A stretch of DNA of 64,000 nt from Eledone cirrhosa (Eukaryota), in the NCBI GenBank assembly GCA_964016885.1, contig OZ024742.1, positions 274,040,001-274,104,000 on the forward strand, in the 5' to 3' direction. Under the pieces are notes generated by a model, which saw only the letters and a program-made list of their open reading frames with translations, was not told the origin of the DNA and searched no databases. How positions within the stretch are numbered: position 1 is the first letter of the stretch; the number at the start of each line of letters is the position of its first letter. Below, piece after piece: positions 13,828 to 26,423 of this stretch. Position numbers and translations under genes: made by a program.

Positions 13828-15311
13828 TACTATTTTTTAAGGCAATGCAAGCAACAACTATCTAATAATTAAAAGATCATAGTGAATTACTGACAAGTGA
13901 TTGACATTTTAAAGTTCTTTTGAGTATAATTGCAATCTAGTTGAGGCAACTGGCTTAATGACAAAGCTAGTAAATCATGAATGCATTTGAGATGATTAGT
14001 GCATAATAGTGAATTGATAATAGTGAAAACTGATACTGCTGTCTACGACCTTTATATAGGATTGTCATGTTTCTCTGTATCTGCAATGTGGGTATACAAA
14101 ATAAGAATTATGATATTAACTTTTATTTAAAATCCCCAAAAATGCTGTGCATGAAAACTTCAAAAAGTAATTCTATTTCTATTGATGACCTCTTAGTTGC
14201 TCATACTAATTTTGTAAAATATTTCAAGCCAATAATCAGAATGATCTGGTATAATTTTTATGTAGATAAATGACTAATTAGTATAAAGGGCCATCCAGAT
14301 ATCATGTGGACACCGCGAACCAAAAATGGTCACATGATATCTGGATGGCTCCTAAGCATCACCTCCACATGGCGGGGACATGGGTCATCATCGTGGAACA
14401 CTCACCTATTTTAAAAATATTAGACTATGATAAATGAATTTAGTTAAAAATACAATTTGAAATATATTAGATTACCTCTCCTTGTAATCACCTCGTAATT
14501 ACCTCCCCTAGCGTCACGCTTACTACTTACGCAATTGAACACAAGATTTATCAGCAAACTTTGATTATAAACTTTTTCTCGGTGGACAAAATTTCTAGAT
14601 TTTTAAGCCAAAAGATGCGTAATGATCTACTGTTCATGCTCATATAAGTTTTATCTCAGTTAAATAAAGTAGAGCCGCGCTGTACTGTCGCAAACAGACG
14701 ATTGCCAACGAAAACACGACCACAACAATATTACTAAACGGACTACCGTCCGTTTAGGATCCATATATATGTATACGCACATATACACAAATATTCACAT
14801 ACACAAATATATATATATATATATATATATATCGTATGATTACTAGGATGCATCCATAGAGGGTAAGCCGGTTGAGCACTCTATGTTCCTCCGGAGTAGA
14901 GTAAGATAAAACGAAGAATCAGTCTGATTCTTCGTTTTCCATTTTATATATATACTAACTGGCCAGTCCGGCAGGCGCCCGACTACCATTGGTGTGTTCT
15001 ACGGCATCCATATATGTATATATAGCTGACGTACCTAGCTTCGCTTGGTTAAACAGACGATAGCTCGTCTGTGTAGAAATAGGATCTCGCTTCAAGCATA
15101 GCTTTATAAAATATGTATAGAAAAGCCTGAAATGCATAGACGGTTGTCCCCCTTGCTTATGCTGGACACCACGAGAGGGCGTTAGCCCACCCCCACCCCT
15201 CCCCCTCCCCCACCGCACCCCCACCTCGGTGTTTGCATAGCTACGGCTTCCTAAAACGGTATTTCTTTAGACATACGAAATTTCTATACACACACACACA
15301 CACACACATAA

Positions 15312-15369
<58 letters not shown>

Positions 15370-15380
<11 letters not shown>

Positions 15381-15553
15381 TGGGTGTACATTTATCTACC
15401 TATTTATAAATGGATGTATGGGTGCGTACGTGTATTTTTGGGGATGTACACATGGATGCGTATACATATATGGCCGTATCGAGTTATGTATGAATCTGTG
15501 TGTGTCTGCGTATGTGTACGAATGTGTCTGTATGTATGTGTGTATAAGTATAA

Positions 15554-15621
<68 letters not shown>

Positions 15622-15774
15622 GTATATGTGGAGATATCGGTGGTATACGATGGTGGTATTATATGGCTGGCCAACGACCTCCCACGCCTGAACGCACACG
15701 ACAGCTCAACCGGAGGACAGACAGCCGCCACAACGAGGATAGGCTGATGATGCTGATGGGATAATTGAACCAAT
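15370..15774 (+). repeat. Dispersed repeat, inverted homolog of 8090-8480 (body of the family E element)
   Basis: Shared GGAGATATCGGTGGTATACGA and GAGGATAG..TGAT.ATG.TGATGGGATAATTGA. Confidence 0.7.
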
Positions 15775-16880
15775 GTTTGGGTATTGTTTTTATTCCATTC
15801 TATTTCGCTTGCTTCTCTGATTTGCCTACCTATTGAGTAATTTCTATGTTTATTTTAATTTCTATGTAGTCTATGTTACCGTCATGTTGTTGTATGGCGT
15901 GTTCGTATAGTGCTGAAACCTTTTTTTGTCCTCTTATTTCCCCCCAGTATTGGTCTATTCCTTCTCCTATGCTTCGAGCTGTCTCACCTATGTGTGTCGT
16001 TGTCATATTTCTGCAAGTACCCTCTGTACATCTTATGCTATAGACTACATTTCTAGTTTTACAGATTATCCGGGGGTTTACTTTACATATACCACATTTC
16101 TTATTAGTACAGTGGGTTTTCTTAAAAGGGTATCTTTTGCTGATCAGGGGTTTTATGGTAGTTCATGGCATCTTTACCACTTTAATCTTTAAGTGGGTCT
16201 TTCTTAGGGCCATTTTACATTGGGCAGCTAATTTCCCTCCACGGGTAGCATCCACAAACATGACACTCTGGTATCTCTGATTGTCGTACCATGAGGTGGC
16301 TTTCCCTATCTTATGTCTAGCCCTATCTAAACTATTCCATGGTTTGCTCCTGTATAATGAGCAAATCCCTTTCATGTCCAGTTATATGAGGGTCTTATAC
16401 TTCTCCACGACTCCTTCGTATACTCTGATTCTGTCTCTTTGGTTGTAGCCAGAGAACTCCATATGGTTGGTGAAGTGTTAGATGTGTCTTTCCATTTCTG
16501 TTGGGTCGCTCATGCGGGACACGTTCTTCATCATTCGTACCAAGTCTGCGATCAGAATATTAAACTTAGCACTACTGGACATTGCTGAGTTTTGAGTATC
16601 AGGTATTTTAAGGCCATGGGCTTAGCGTAGAGTGAGTGGAGAATTTAGCACCTCTCGTCTATAGTGTTAATCCAGAGTTCCGTCTCTAATACAGGTAGTC
16701 AATTGTGATGGTGTTTGGAAGGGTATAGGCAACATAGAAATTAAAATAATATCTAAACATAGAAATGACCCAATAAGTAGACAAATCAGAGAAGCAAGCG
16801 AAATAGAGCTTAGAAAGCCAAAACTAAACAGAAAAATGAATGGAATAACAACAATACACAACCAAACAATACTGACTTAA
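15772..16880 (-). mobile_element. Decayed EN+ Penelope-like element (RT thumb + GIY-YIG) with inverted 3'-end duplicate
   Basis: Minus translates FSGYNQRDR...SVMFVDATRGGKLA...CTNKKCGIC...VVYSIRCTEGTC...HIGETARS...RQIREASEI. 16725-16880 (+) repeats RQIREASEIELRKPKLNR in the opposite orientation. Confidence 0.8.
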
Positions 16881-16929
16881 GCGAAATATAAATAAATAAA
16901 TAAATAATTAAATAAATAAATATATACAC

Positions 16930-19900
16930 AAGCACAATAACGTCGAGGTAGACACTAAAGTCCCTCCCTCGAACCGTCCGCCGCTGGCCCCGAACAGCTG
17001 TGCGAAGTGTCGCTGAAAAGCTTCACACATTTGACCGGGATCGAGTAGCATGCGCCCGTCGTGGTCCACCAAAGACCGGATCGTAGCTTTGTTGCCACGA
17101 CGCGCCTCCGCCACTCGGGCCCATTGAACGGCTTTCGTCCCCTCGTGTCTGAGAGCACGCACCCTATCTCTGACAACGCAGCCTTCGTGCTTTGCATTGA
17201 AGAATTGGTTAAAGGCCAATTTTGCCGCAAGTACGTCCGTCGCGAAGCCTTTGCTAAGCGGCTCGTCTAATTTTCTAACTAATTCTCCCACTGCTCTATT
17301 TTTCTCTATTGCTAAAGCCTTACTAAACCTAATGGCCTCTATTCTAATTGCTCTTTTCAGAGAAAACCACCACTTGTTGTTGACGATGGCCCCCGTCAAC
17401 ACCCGCTTAACTAGTTCGCTAATCCGGTCTCTGTAGGCCTTGCGCGCTAGTAAGGAGGCGTTTAGCTTCCAGTAGCCGGGTCTTCGTCTATGAAGCCTAT
17501 CTAAGTCAAGCACACAGATCACGAATTTGTGGTCAGTGTAGCTGACTATCTTGAATTGTAGATAGCCTATTCTAGACCTTTCTATTTCCCTACAAAACAC
17601 TCTATCTAGATATAATCTGGATGTCCCTATGCGATTTGTCCAAGTCCACATTGGCACATTCGGGAAATCCAATCGGTACCTTTCAGACAGTTCAAAACGC
17701 CTGAAAAGGTTGGTGAGGCTCTTGCACCCTCCTCTCTATCCGCTGTTCCCACACAGTCCCAGCGTGCATCTAAGATCCCGTTCTAGTCGCCCACTAACAC
17801 TAAAGAGCGGGACGTTCCAACAGAGTTCTCCGGGAAGAAATCAGGCCGCCCTTCTCCTGTCGCGGCATAGACGGCCACTAGCCTGAAAGCTTGCCCGTCT
17901 CCGCTGGTCACGCCCAGCACCACCAACTTACCCTCTGGGTCCAGGAAGATGGCCCGTATGGCGAGATCTAAACCTCTCCGAAAAAGCACAGCAACTCCTC
18001 CCCCGATACAGGACGGCTGGGAGATGCGTACACATCGTAGCCGCCGAAGATCGGTGCGAAGGCCCGTGCTTCGGAGATTCTGGTCTCGCTGATATCCACT
18101 ACATCTATGTTTAGTGACCTAAGGTCGTTGAGCAGGTGGCCCTGCTTCCATGACGACCCCAAGCCACGCGCATTTATGCTGCCTGTTCGGAGTGAGGTCA
18201 TGTTGAAATGGAATGGAAAAGATGGGAAAGACCACTTACCTTACTTCTCGTAGAGGAAGGATGGTTTGTCCACCCTTTTCACTGCTACTGGCCTCCTCCG
18301 GAAGGATGTCCTTATAAATCCTCCTGGAGAGTGCTTGTCGGAAGTCTCCGATGTCTTTGGGGAATTTTTGTTTTAGTGTCGTTTACGTTTTCTGTGTGAT
18401 GCGAGTGATTTGTATGTGTGGAGGTGGTGTGAACTTTTGGGTTGTTGTGTAGTCTTTTTCTGTGATGCTAGTGTTGTGTTGGATGTAGTGTAATAATATG
18501 TTGTTGTTCAAATTTATTGCTGTGTAGTGTGTATCGTTTTGGTTGTTTTGTTTTGTTTGCGTTTGTTGTGGGTTTGTTTCTGTTTCGCTTTTTGGTGACT
18601 TTTGTGGTGTTGGTGATGGTGGTGTCGGGGTTAATGATGGTAATGGTGTTGGTCTTTGTGGTGATGGGGTTGGTGATGCTGGTGTGGATGCTGGCATAGC
18701 TGTCCTAACTTTTTTGTTTGATACTTTATTTGTTTCCCTCTGTATTTTGTTTTTGGAGGGGGAAGGAAGGGGATATTTTCTTTTTTGGTTCCTTTTTCTT
18801 TTTTCTTTTTTTCTGATACGGTTTCCCACGCCTCGTCGTCACAATCTGTCTCCAGTTGCGATGGGTCGGGCAGTGGGAAATCCTCCACAGGCGTTGGTTT
18901 TGGTTGTGGCGTGGTGGATGGTGTAGGCGCTGGTGCTAGTTCTGGCGCGTTAGGTGGTGGTGGTGTTGGTTTTGCTACTATTGCTGGGGTTGTTGCTGTT
19001 ACAGTTGCTGCAGTTGTTGCTGCCATTTCTGCTGCTGGTGGTGTTGATGGTTGAGTCACTGGGGTGGGTAAGAGAGGTGGCCTCAACCTTTTAGCCTGAG
19101 GGCAGAAAGCCCTTAGGTGGGTTCCTTCACCACAGACGACATACCTAGGCCTTCTGGCCTCGACGATTACGGTGAGGTGGTTGCCGTCAGTGAGGTCTAT
19201 TACGTCTGGGATCTCCTCAATGCTTTTTTGGTCCGCTTGGATCAGGAGCTCCATTCCAGATCCGGACCAGTGCTCCTACTTTTCTTTCGCTATTTCTATT
19301 ATCTTGGTGTTGGCTTCGATGCCGGCGAGGACGGCAGCCATCAGCCAGGGAATTTCGATGGCCGTTGGAACGTGGGTCACCCTGATCTTCACGAGTCTCT
19401 GGCCACAATGGCTTGGGACGAGTGTGAAGTCGTCACTTCTTAATGGAGCGTTCTCTGGCCTCCTGTGGTGTTTCAAAGAACACGTCCACGGTTCCATATT
19501 TCTGCCCACGTCTGGTGTGGATTTTTTTTGCCCACACATGTCCCAAAGCTTTTTGGATTTGGGACTCGGGTGCCCGTTCCACTCGGCGCGATTTTATGTT
19601 AATCGTCCGATAAGACACGGTGCATAGGCGCCGATGCTCCATTTTATTAGGTGTGGGGGAGGTGAGGCTGACCCTGTACCCATCTTTCTTTACCATTTTT
19701 TTGGCTTCTTCTAATTACTTCCTGATACCTGGAATGCTTCGCACATTGTTGCTACTCTGGCAAAAGACAGGGTTTTCTTATTATCATTGTTGCTGTTGAT
19801 GTTATCGTTATTTTTTTTATTGTTAATTTTAGTTTCAGTTGTGGTGGTGGTGGCGTCAGTGGTGTTCGGTGTGGAAGAGTTCATTTTGGCTGACTTCGTT

Positions 19901-20363
19901 TCGATATCACGAGATAATTTATTTTTTTCTTTTGTCGCTGTGGTGGTGGGGGTGGCGGCTTCAACACTTGCGGTCATTGGTAATGGCTGGAAATGAATGT
20001 CTGCCTGAAACAAAGTTAAAAATTGCTACTGCTTATATTTTTAGTGTTGGCAAACGTAGTAATATTTACAATGGTGGTGTCGGTGTGAGGTGTTAGTTTG
20101 TGAGGAAGGCTCTCAGCTACTGGGCTCAGCTGTGAGTAGGCCATGATTTTTCAAAGAAATTTTTTTTTTTTGTTTGATAATTTTAAAAGTTTAAATTTTG
20201 TACTAAAGGCACCAATCTTTTTGACTGTCCTTTTCAGAAAACAATGTATGTGCACTTATATACAGTTAACAATAAAAATGTTCCATAAATGGCAATTTTA
20301 AACAACTGAAAATAACAAACCTTTGCGGAGCTCACGATAATACGATTTACTACGTAGGTCGCC
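16930..20363 (-). mobile_element. Tx1/L1-type LINE 5' portion (5'UTR, ORF1, APE endonuclease of ORF2), degenerate
   Basis: ORF2 from ATG 18201: SINARGL, ISETR, LVGD, RLYLDRVF, YTDHK, GYWKLNASLL. ORF1 has a degenerate zinc knuckle RRPRYVVCGEGTHLRAFCP and a Pro/Thr-rich tail. Confidence 0.9.
18208..20013 (-). pseudogene. Tx1-type ORF1 (nucleic-acid chaperone), frameshifted
   Basis: Consecutive ORF fragments upstream of ORF2, with LSFARVA and a CCHC-like knuckle. Confidence 0.7.
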
Positions 20364-20384
20364 AATAATAATAATAATAATAAT

Positions 20385-20822
20385 GATTTCTTTATTGGCC
20401 ACAAGAGCTGACATCAAGAAAAACATTACAGACGGCACAGAACGGTACAGGACGGTACAATGTGGGTTTTGTGCGTGTAAATGTTTTTATTATTTATATA
20501 AGAAAAGAAAAAAAGGACATAGAAACATATATATATATAAACATTAAAAATGAAAATTGAAACAATGAAAAATTCCCCAATAGGAGGGAAACCTCCGAGG
20601 ATTACTCGTAGCGAAAACCACACAAACGACTACGGTCACCCTGACCACCAGGGCAAGCGCCCTTCTCAATTTTTCCATCTCTCAAACTACAGACGTATAT
20701 TCAGAGTGGCCCCGTTCACTCGGACCATTCTGGCTACATTCACCCACCTTTCAACAAACTTGCTAGAAGGCAGCACTTGCCTCTCCACCCTGATTTTCCT
20801 CTTCAAGTGAAACTTGAAAAAG
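20385..20822 (-). mobile_element. 5'-truncated Tx1-type 3' end with AATAAA and (ATT)n tail
   Basis: FFKFHLKRKIRVERQVL...FVERWVNVARMVRV, paralogous to 20864-21200. Confidence 0.8.
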
Positions 20823-20830
20823 TTAATAAT

Positions 20831-20863
<33 letters not shown>

Positions 20864-20864
<1 letters not shown>

Positions 20865-23276
20865 TGTTCTTTATTGGCCACAATGGCTAACATGAAGAAA
20901 AACATTACTGACGTCACAGAACGGTACAGGACGATACATAGTGGGTTTTGGCCGTGTAAAAAAGGTTATAACAAAAGAGAAATATGTAAAAACAAATTAA
21001 AAAAATTCACTCGCTGCGAAATCCACACAAAGGACCACTCAACCCCGGAGCAAGCGACCTCTCAAAGTGTTCCACTCCTCAGTCTACTAGCGCATACTCA
21101 GAGCGGGCCCGTCAACTCGGATCAGACACGCCACTTTCACCCACCGTTCAACAAACTTACTAGAAGACTTGTCATTTTCCTCTTCAAGTGAAACTTTAAA
21201 AAGTTTATCAGGGATTGGACGGAGAGGAAAGTGTCCTTATTCAACCCTTTCAACCTTGTCCACCACACAATCCCTTTCGCCATGGGCACTAGGCAGATGA
21301 AAACTACCTGCCCTTCCTCCTCTTTAAATGAGGATGGCGGGGACATATTCGCAATAGACTCAGTCGAAAGCCGGAGCTGTACCTCACCCGACAGCAACTG
21401 TTCGACATAGCTCCACAAGAGAACAATCCTCGGACGCTGAAAAGAGTGCGTGCAGGAAGGTTTCATCGCCTTGCGCGAGTCTCGGACAAGCGTGGCTGAC
21501 AGCAGCACTGTGCCTGTAGAGCTTATCCCGAACCGGCAACGCTCCCCGGTAGCACTTCCAGGCCAAGGATTTCTGGAAGTTGTACATAGGCCCCGGACTG
21601 AAAGTTCTCTTGAAGAGAGTGAACAGCTGATCATATTCGACGCCCAGGGTCTCTCCGAGAATGTGGCCGCTCTTCCCCTCCACTAGGCTTCTATAGAACG
21701 CCAAGGTGGATGTTCCACCGATATCAATGCCCAGCTGGTAGAGAGCGGTGAGCGCTTGGAGATATTCCAGCTTCCGAGCTCTATCCTTCGGTCTTTTCCT
21801 GATCTAAGACTGCAGCTCCGTCAAGGAGACAAGCAGGTGAAAAGTGTGTCTGGCAAATAGCGACCACACCTGTTCACCCTCATGGCACCACCAGAGATAT
21901 CGCAGCCTCAGCGCATTTTTGCGCATCATCAGCCATGGCATGCCCATTTCCCCACGCAACGGGCGCTGACAGAAATGGATCGTCCGAACATGGGAACACG
22001 TCCCTTCCACAAAAAGCAGAAGAGAAGGCGTTCCATTTTGGTCAGAATTGGGCGGGGCAACGTACGACGGTCAGGCGGTAGCAAATGACGGACGCGTTGT
22101 ACGCATTCGCCAATTCCGACCGACCTCTCAGAGACAGCCTGCTCTCGGCCCATTTCTGGGTGAGAGAGGCCACTCTGCTCGTCACCTTGCTCCAGTTTCT
22201 CTCCATCTGGAGTTCCGAACCGAACCAGACCCGGAGCAATTCAACCGGTCCTTCCGTCTAGCGCCCCACGACGCTGTCGTACGGCATGGACTTGCCTCTC
22301 CAGGTGACAACATTTCCTGGTTTTTCTTTGCTCCTCACCGATTTGTATTACTTGAGAGCGGTGCCAAGCATCTGGACGTGTTTGGTGCTCGACACCACCA
22401 CGCTGACGTCGTCGCTGTACGCTTACACGGATCTCCCGCATCCCAGTTCGAGTGGGACCCCTCTCATGGTCTCCAATTTGTGCAGTAACGGCTCGAGGAC
22501 CAATAAGTACAATAGGGACGAGAGGGGACATCGCTGGTGGACCGAGCGCATGATGCTGAACGGCTGAGACAGGTGACCATTCACCCACACAATCGAGCAG
22601 ATGTCGCTGTGCATCGCAGCGATCCAGCCCCTAAAAGCGGGCCCGAAACCAGCCGCCTGGAAGACAGCAGCCAGGTACCGATGGTCGACACTATCAAATG
22701 CTTTAGATTGATCCATGTTGATCAGGGCCCCACTCGTGTCAGGTTCATTAACCATCCTCTCTATGATGTATCGCATGAGATGTAGGTTGTCGTGGATTGA
22801 TCTGACGACAGATCACTGACGACAAGCACCAATCTCTTTGCTAACCATTGGCCAAAATCTTAAACTCTGTGTTTAGCAGAGTTATGTGCCTGAAGTTATC
22901 TCTAACGTCCTCCTTGTTCGGGTCTTTTCTCAGCAGCGCCACCGCTCCCCGGCTCACAAAACTGAGGATGATCCTGTTCTGCTGCTAGTTACAGTAGACA
23001 TCTTCCAAGAGGACGCCGAAAAAGTCTGGCTTGTACGCATAAAGCTCGTAGGGCAGACCATCCAAACCTGGCGATTTCCCCCTCGTGCAGTCAGACATTA
23101 TTTCCCGTATTTCACTTACTGTTATCGGATTTTCGCTGCACTGCGCTGCGGTTGTCGACAGCCATGGCAGTCAGTCGAGGTATGCACCTAAGTCCACACT
23201 CCGATCCTGCCCGCCGTCGCTCCCGAACAATTGAGCAAAGTGCTGTTGAAAAGCCGCACACATCTGCTCGGGTTAA
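20864..23276 (-). mobile_element. Tx1/L1-type LINE 3' portion (RT, C-terminal zinc region, (ATT)n tail), degenerate
   Basis: KSPGLDGLPYE, ITLLNTEFKILA, DQSKAFDSVDH, HQRCPLSSLLY, AYSDDV, CPRLAQGDETFLHAL. Confidence 0.9.
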
Positions 23277-24561
23277 TAATATTAGGGATGTTAATGAATA
23301 TACATAAAATTAGAAAACAATAAGCAACGCCAGCAAGGTCAAGTTTCCGAATTGTGGGTGGCTTCATATTAGGGAAAATCCAGGCAGAATCTCGCACTAC
23401 CTGCGTATTACTCTGGTGCTTCATAGTCAATGTACCTGCCGTCTCACCGCTATCACTATTCTTTCACGAAGAGCACTAGAATACAGACCTCCCACTCTAC
23501 GCTCAAATTTCTCTTCTAGTGGAAATAGTAATAAAAATGATATTGATCTCTAATTTGAACGCAAGACTAGCAATATTTAAACACACAGACACTCATACAC
23601 AGACTGAGACACCGATGCACCTACACACATATTACATGTACTTGTGTGTGTGTGAGGGGGGGAGTGCCTGTGCTACGGATTGCTCTATTTCCAGTAAATT
23701 AGCAGTTCTTTCAAACAAACAAATAACGTTTGTGATGTACCAGAGAACAAAAAAGTACTGAATTTGTTAAAAGAAATGGATTCTTTAACATTCAATTGGG
23801 TGTACGAAAATCGTTATTCTGACAAATAGCGACACACAGGCATTTTAACCCTGGTAGAGCCCATAACGTATCAAGTCAGAACCTTGTTGAGTTCTTCCAG
23901 TGATAGATAGAGAAAGAGAGAGAGAAAGAGAGAACCAGTGTCAGAGAAAGAAAGAATTAAGGAAAGAAAGAAAGATAGAAAGAAAGAGAAAACGAAGTAA
24001 TGCCATTACTGGATTCGTATTATAATTACCAAGTCCTGGCAAGATTTCAACGCAGCGCGTTGGAATAAATACTGATGTCTTCTCTTATCATCTGTTAACC
24101 CAGGTGAAGCTGGGTACGTCAGATAGAAATATATATAGATTTCATTCTATAGAGAAAATTAGATTGTCGTGTTGTTAGTTGACTGTTTTATGGTGTTGAT
24201 TCATTTGTTGCGTGTGTGATCATTTGTTGCTTGCAGTGTGGTGTGGTCACTGTTGTGTGATACAGTGCAGCCAGAGATTGCATGTGTGCAGGTAAGTGAG
24301 TTCAGTAAGATGATGATGATATGATAGTTCCTTGATTACACAGAAAATAAATACATATAAATGAACCACGATAACAGCGAACTGCTATATTATTAATTTA
24401 TTGAAAATAGCTCACGCCGAAGCTACACGAAAAGTACACTAGAATCATGGACGTTATTTGTTTGTTTGCTAATGTAGAATTAAATTGTATTTACCAAAGA
24501 AAACTGCATGAACTTCACTGACTTGATTGAGATACAGACCAATATATAGGGGTTGAGTGAA

Positions 24562-24629
<68 letters not shown>

Positions 24630-25031
24630 AGAGAAGGTAAGAGTCTGTAGGACCCCAAGATGTCTGTAGAAAGCAAATGTTAAAATGTTTACTCTATCCA
24701 GAATCGCTCTGAATTTCCCTTTCCTGATCTAAGGCAAGCTATTCATTTATGTCGCTTCCTCTGTCTTCTAGACTTGAGAATAAAGGGCTGCCCTTTCGAG
24801 GTCGTCCAATCTTAGACCTGTTAACGTCCGAAAGGAGATAACCCAGAAAATGACCGTTAAATGTCACTCAGAGATCAACGTCTGGACAAATTTCGCTACA
24901 TTATTTCGCCACGCAGATCAACGGAGGAGCAGCGATCGATTACAAAGGAGGTGCGAAATCTGATCACAGAAGCGCGTCGGAAGACATATAAATCGAGGGC
25001 ACAACTCACGTCGTCAGTGTGCAGAGAAATG

Positions 25032-25286
25032 TTAGAAAGAAAATCGTGTAAATATGTCTTCATGTGTGTGTGCAACATTTAAAAGAACCTGTAAATATAC
25101 GGTGTTGTGATCAATTCATGTATTTTAAACTGTTGCTGGCTTCAAAGGCACCACGTGCATTTGAGGTATGTTTTATCAAGAACAAGTCATTTAGACTCAC
25201 CTGTATGTTCTTGTAGGGATGCCCATAAACACTTTTTAATACAGCTTTTTCCAATGCAGGAGTTACCAGTTTGAGAAAGGATAATC
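25032..25286 (-). CDS. Candidate last two coding exons of an unidentified host gene (25286-25201 and 25088-25032)
   Basis: tctgctttAG acceptor, 86-nt exon, GTGAGT donor, 112-nt intron ending tttacAG, in-frame join giving LSFLKLVTPALEKAVLKSVYGHPYKNIQ|VLLNVAHTHEDIFTRFSF*. Confidence 0.45.
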
Positions 25287-25561
25287 CTAAAGCAGATCAT
25301 TACAACTACCAAGTTTGAGGTACGATATATTGATAAAGATCTATGAACAATAACCAAGAACTTTCACTATACGGAAATTACGAAAAGAACGGAAACATAA
25401 ATATTGAACTACATTATATGTGCCCTTGTTTTTCATTTTTAAAAATGTGATTTAGTCTTCTTTTGTCCCCGTTGGTCATCCCTTTATCTATCTATCTATC
25501 TATCTAATTCTCTCAATCCCCCCTCTCTACATATATCATTATGCATATATTTTGTATACGT

Positions 25562-25619
<58 letters not shown>

Positions 25620-25729
25620 ATAATAATAAATTTGAAGAGTAAAACCCAAAGAGGGCTGAATAAGGATAAATATATATCAAATATATAAGAACCGTGCGTA
25701 TGTACGTATATGGATGTGTGCATGTATAT

Positions 25730-26229
25730 TTTTTATTTCAATTACCTCTGTAATTTATTTACTTTATTCTTAACTCTGAAGCCGAGAATCATTCGGTTTC
25801 CTAAATAAAATTTTATTCTACGACTTCAGTTATACCATTCACGTGCTTTTGTCTTTGCGTGTAATTGTTCTCACTGTCCCACATAATGACGTATTATCTT
25901 CGGGTTTTTTTTCGTTCATTTCCAGAACCACCATTCTCCACGAACCACCTAATAGAATATTAGTCTTCGACTTCATGTATACCATAAGCGTGGTTTTGTC
26001 TTTGTAACTGTTTTCACCGCTCCAAATAATTACGTATTATCTTCGTGTTTTTCAGTTCTTTGCCAGGGAACGTTTCCACGAACCAAAGTATCGTCTTCCT
26101 CTCTTCCTTCGGTTGCAACCTTTTGGGAAATATTTACTTCTGCGTTCACAGATTGATTTTTTTAGTTTCAGAAGATCCCGTTAAGGGCGAAAGCACCGAT
26201 ATTTCCTTAAAATTTAATCTGTTATTTTA

Positions 26230-26230
<1 letters not shown>
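25730..26230 (+). mobile_element. Family C repeat with hammerhead (26165-26213), ending in (TA)n(GA)n
   Basis: Homologous to 55860-56372. Confidence 0.8.
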
Positions 26231-26326
<96 letters not shown>

Positions 26327-26374
26327 GAGAGAGAGAGAGAATACATAAAACAAAGTTCTGTTTAAATCATTTAT

Positions 26375-26423
26375 CTGCTTACAATTGTTTCTTCCAAACC
26401 GAGGTTTGGAGTCTTCGGAGCAA
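26375..26423 (-). ncRNA. Hammerhead ribozyme with CCGAAGA core (family H)
   Basis: TTGCT-CCGAAGA-C TCCAAACC TC GGTTTGGA A-GAAA-CAATTG-TA|AGCAG. Confidence 0.75.

Noticed and set aside
24237-24291. 55-nt plus-strand mini-exon (ttgcAG...CAG|GTAAGT)
   Set aside because: Good splice signals but no partner exon or recognisable peptide; likely chance.
24784-24850. Long hairpin followed by GAAAA resembling a family E hammerhead
   Set aside because: No recognisable CUGANGA-type core or stem I.
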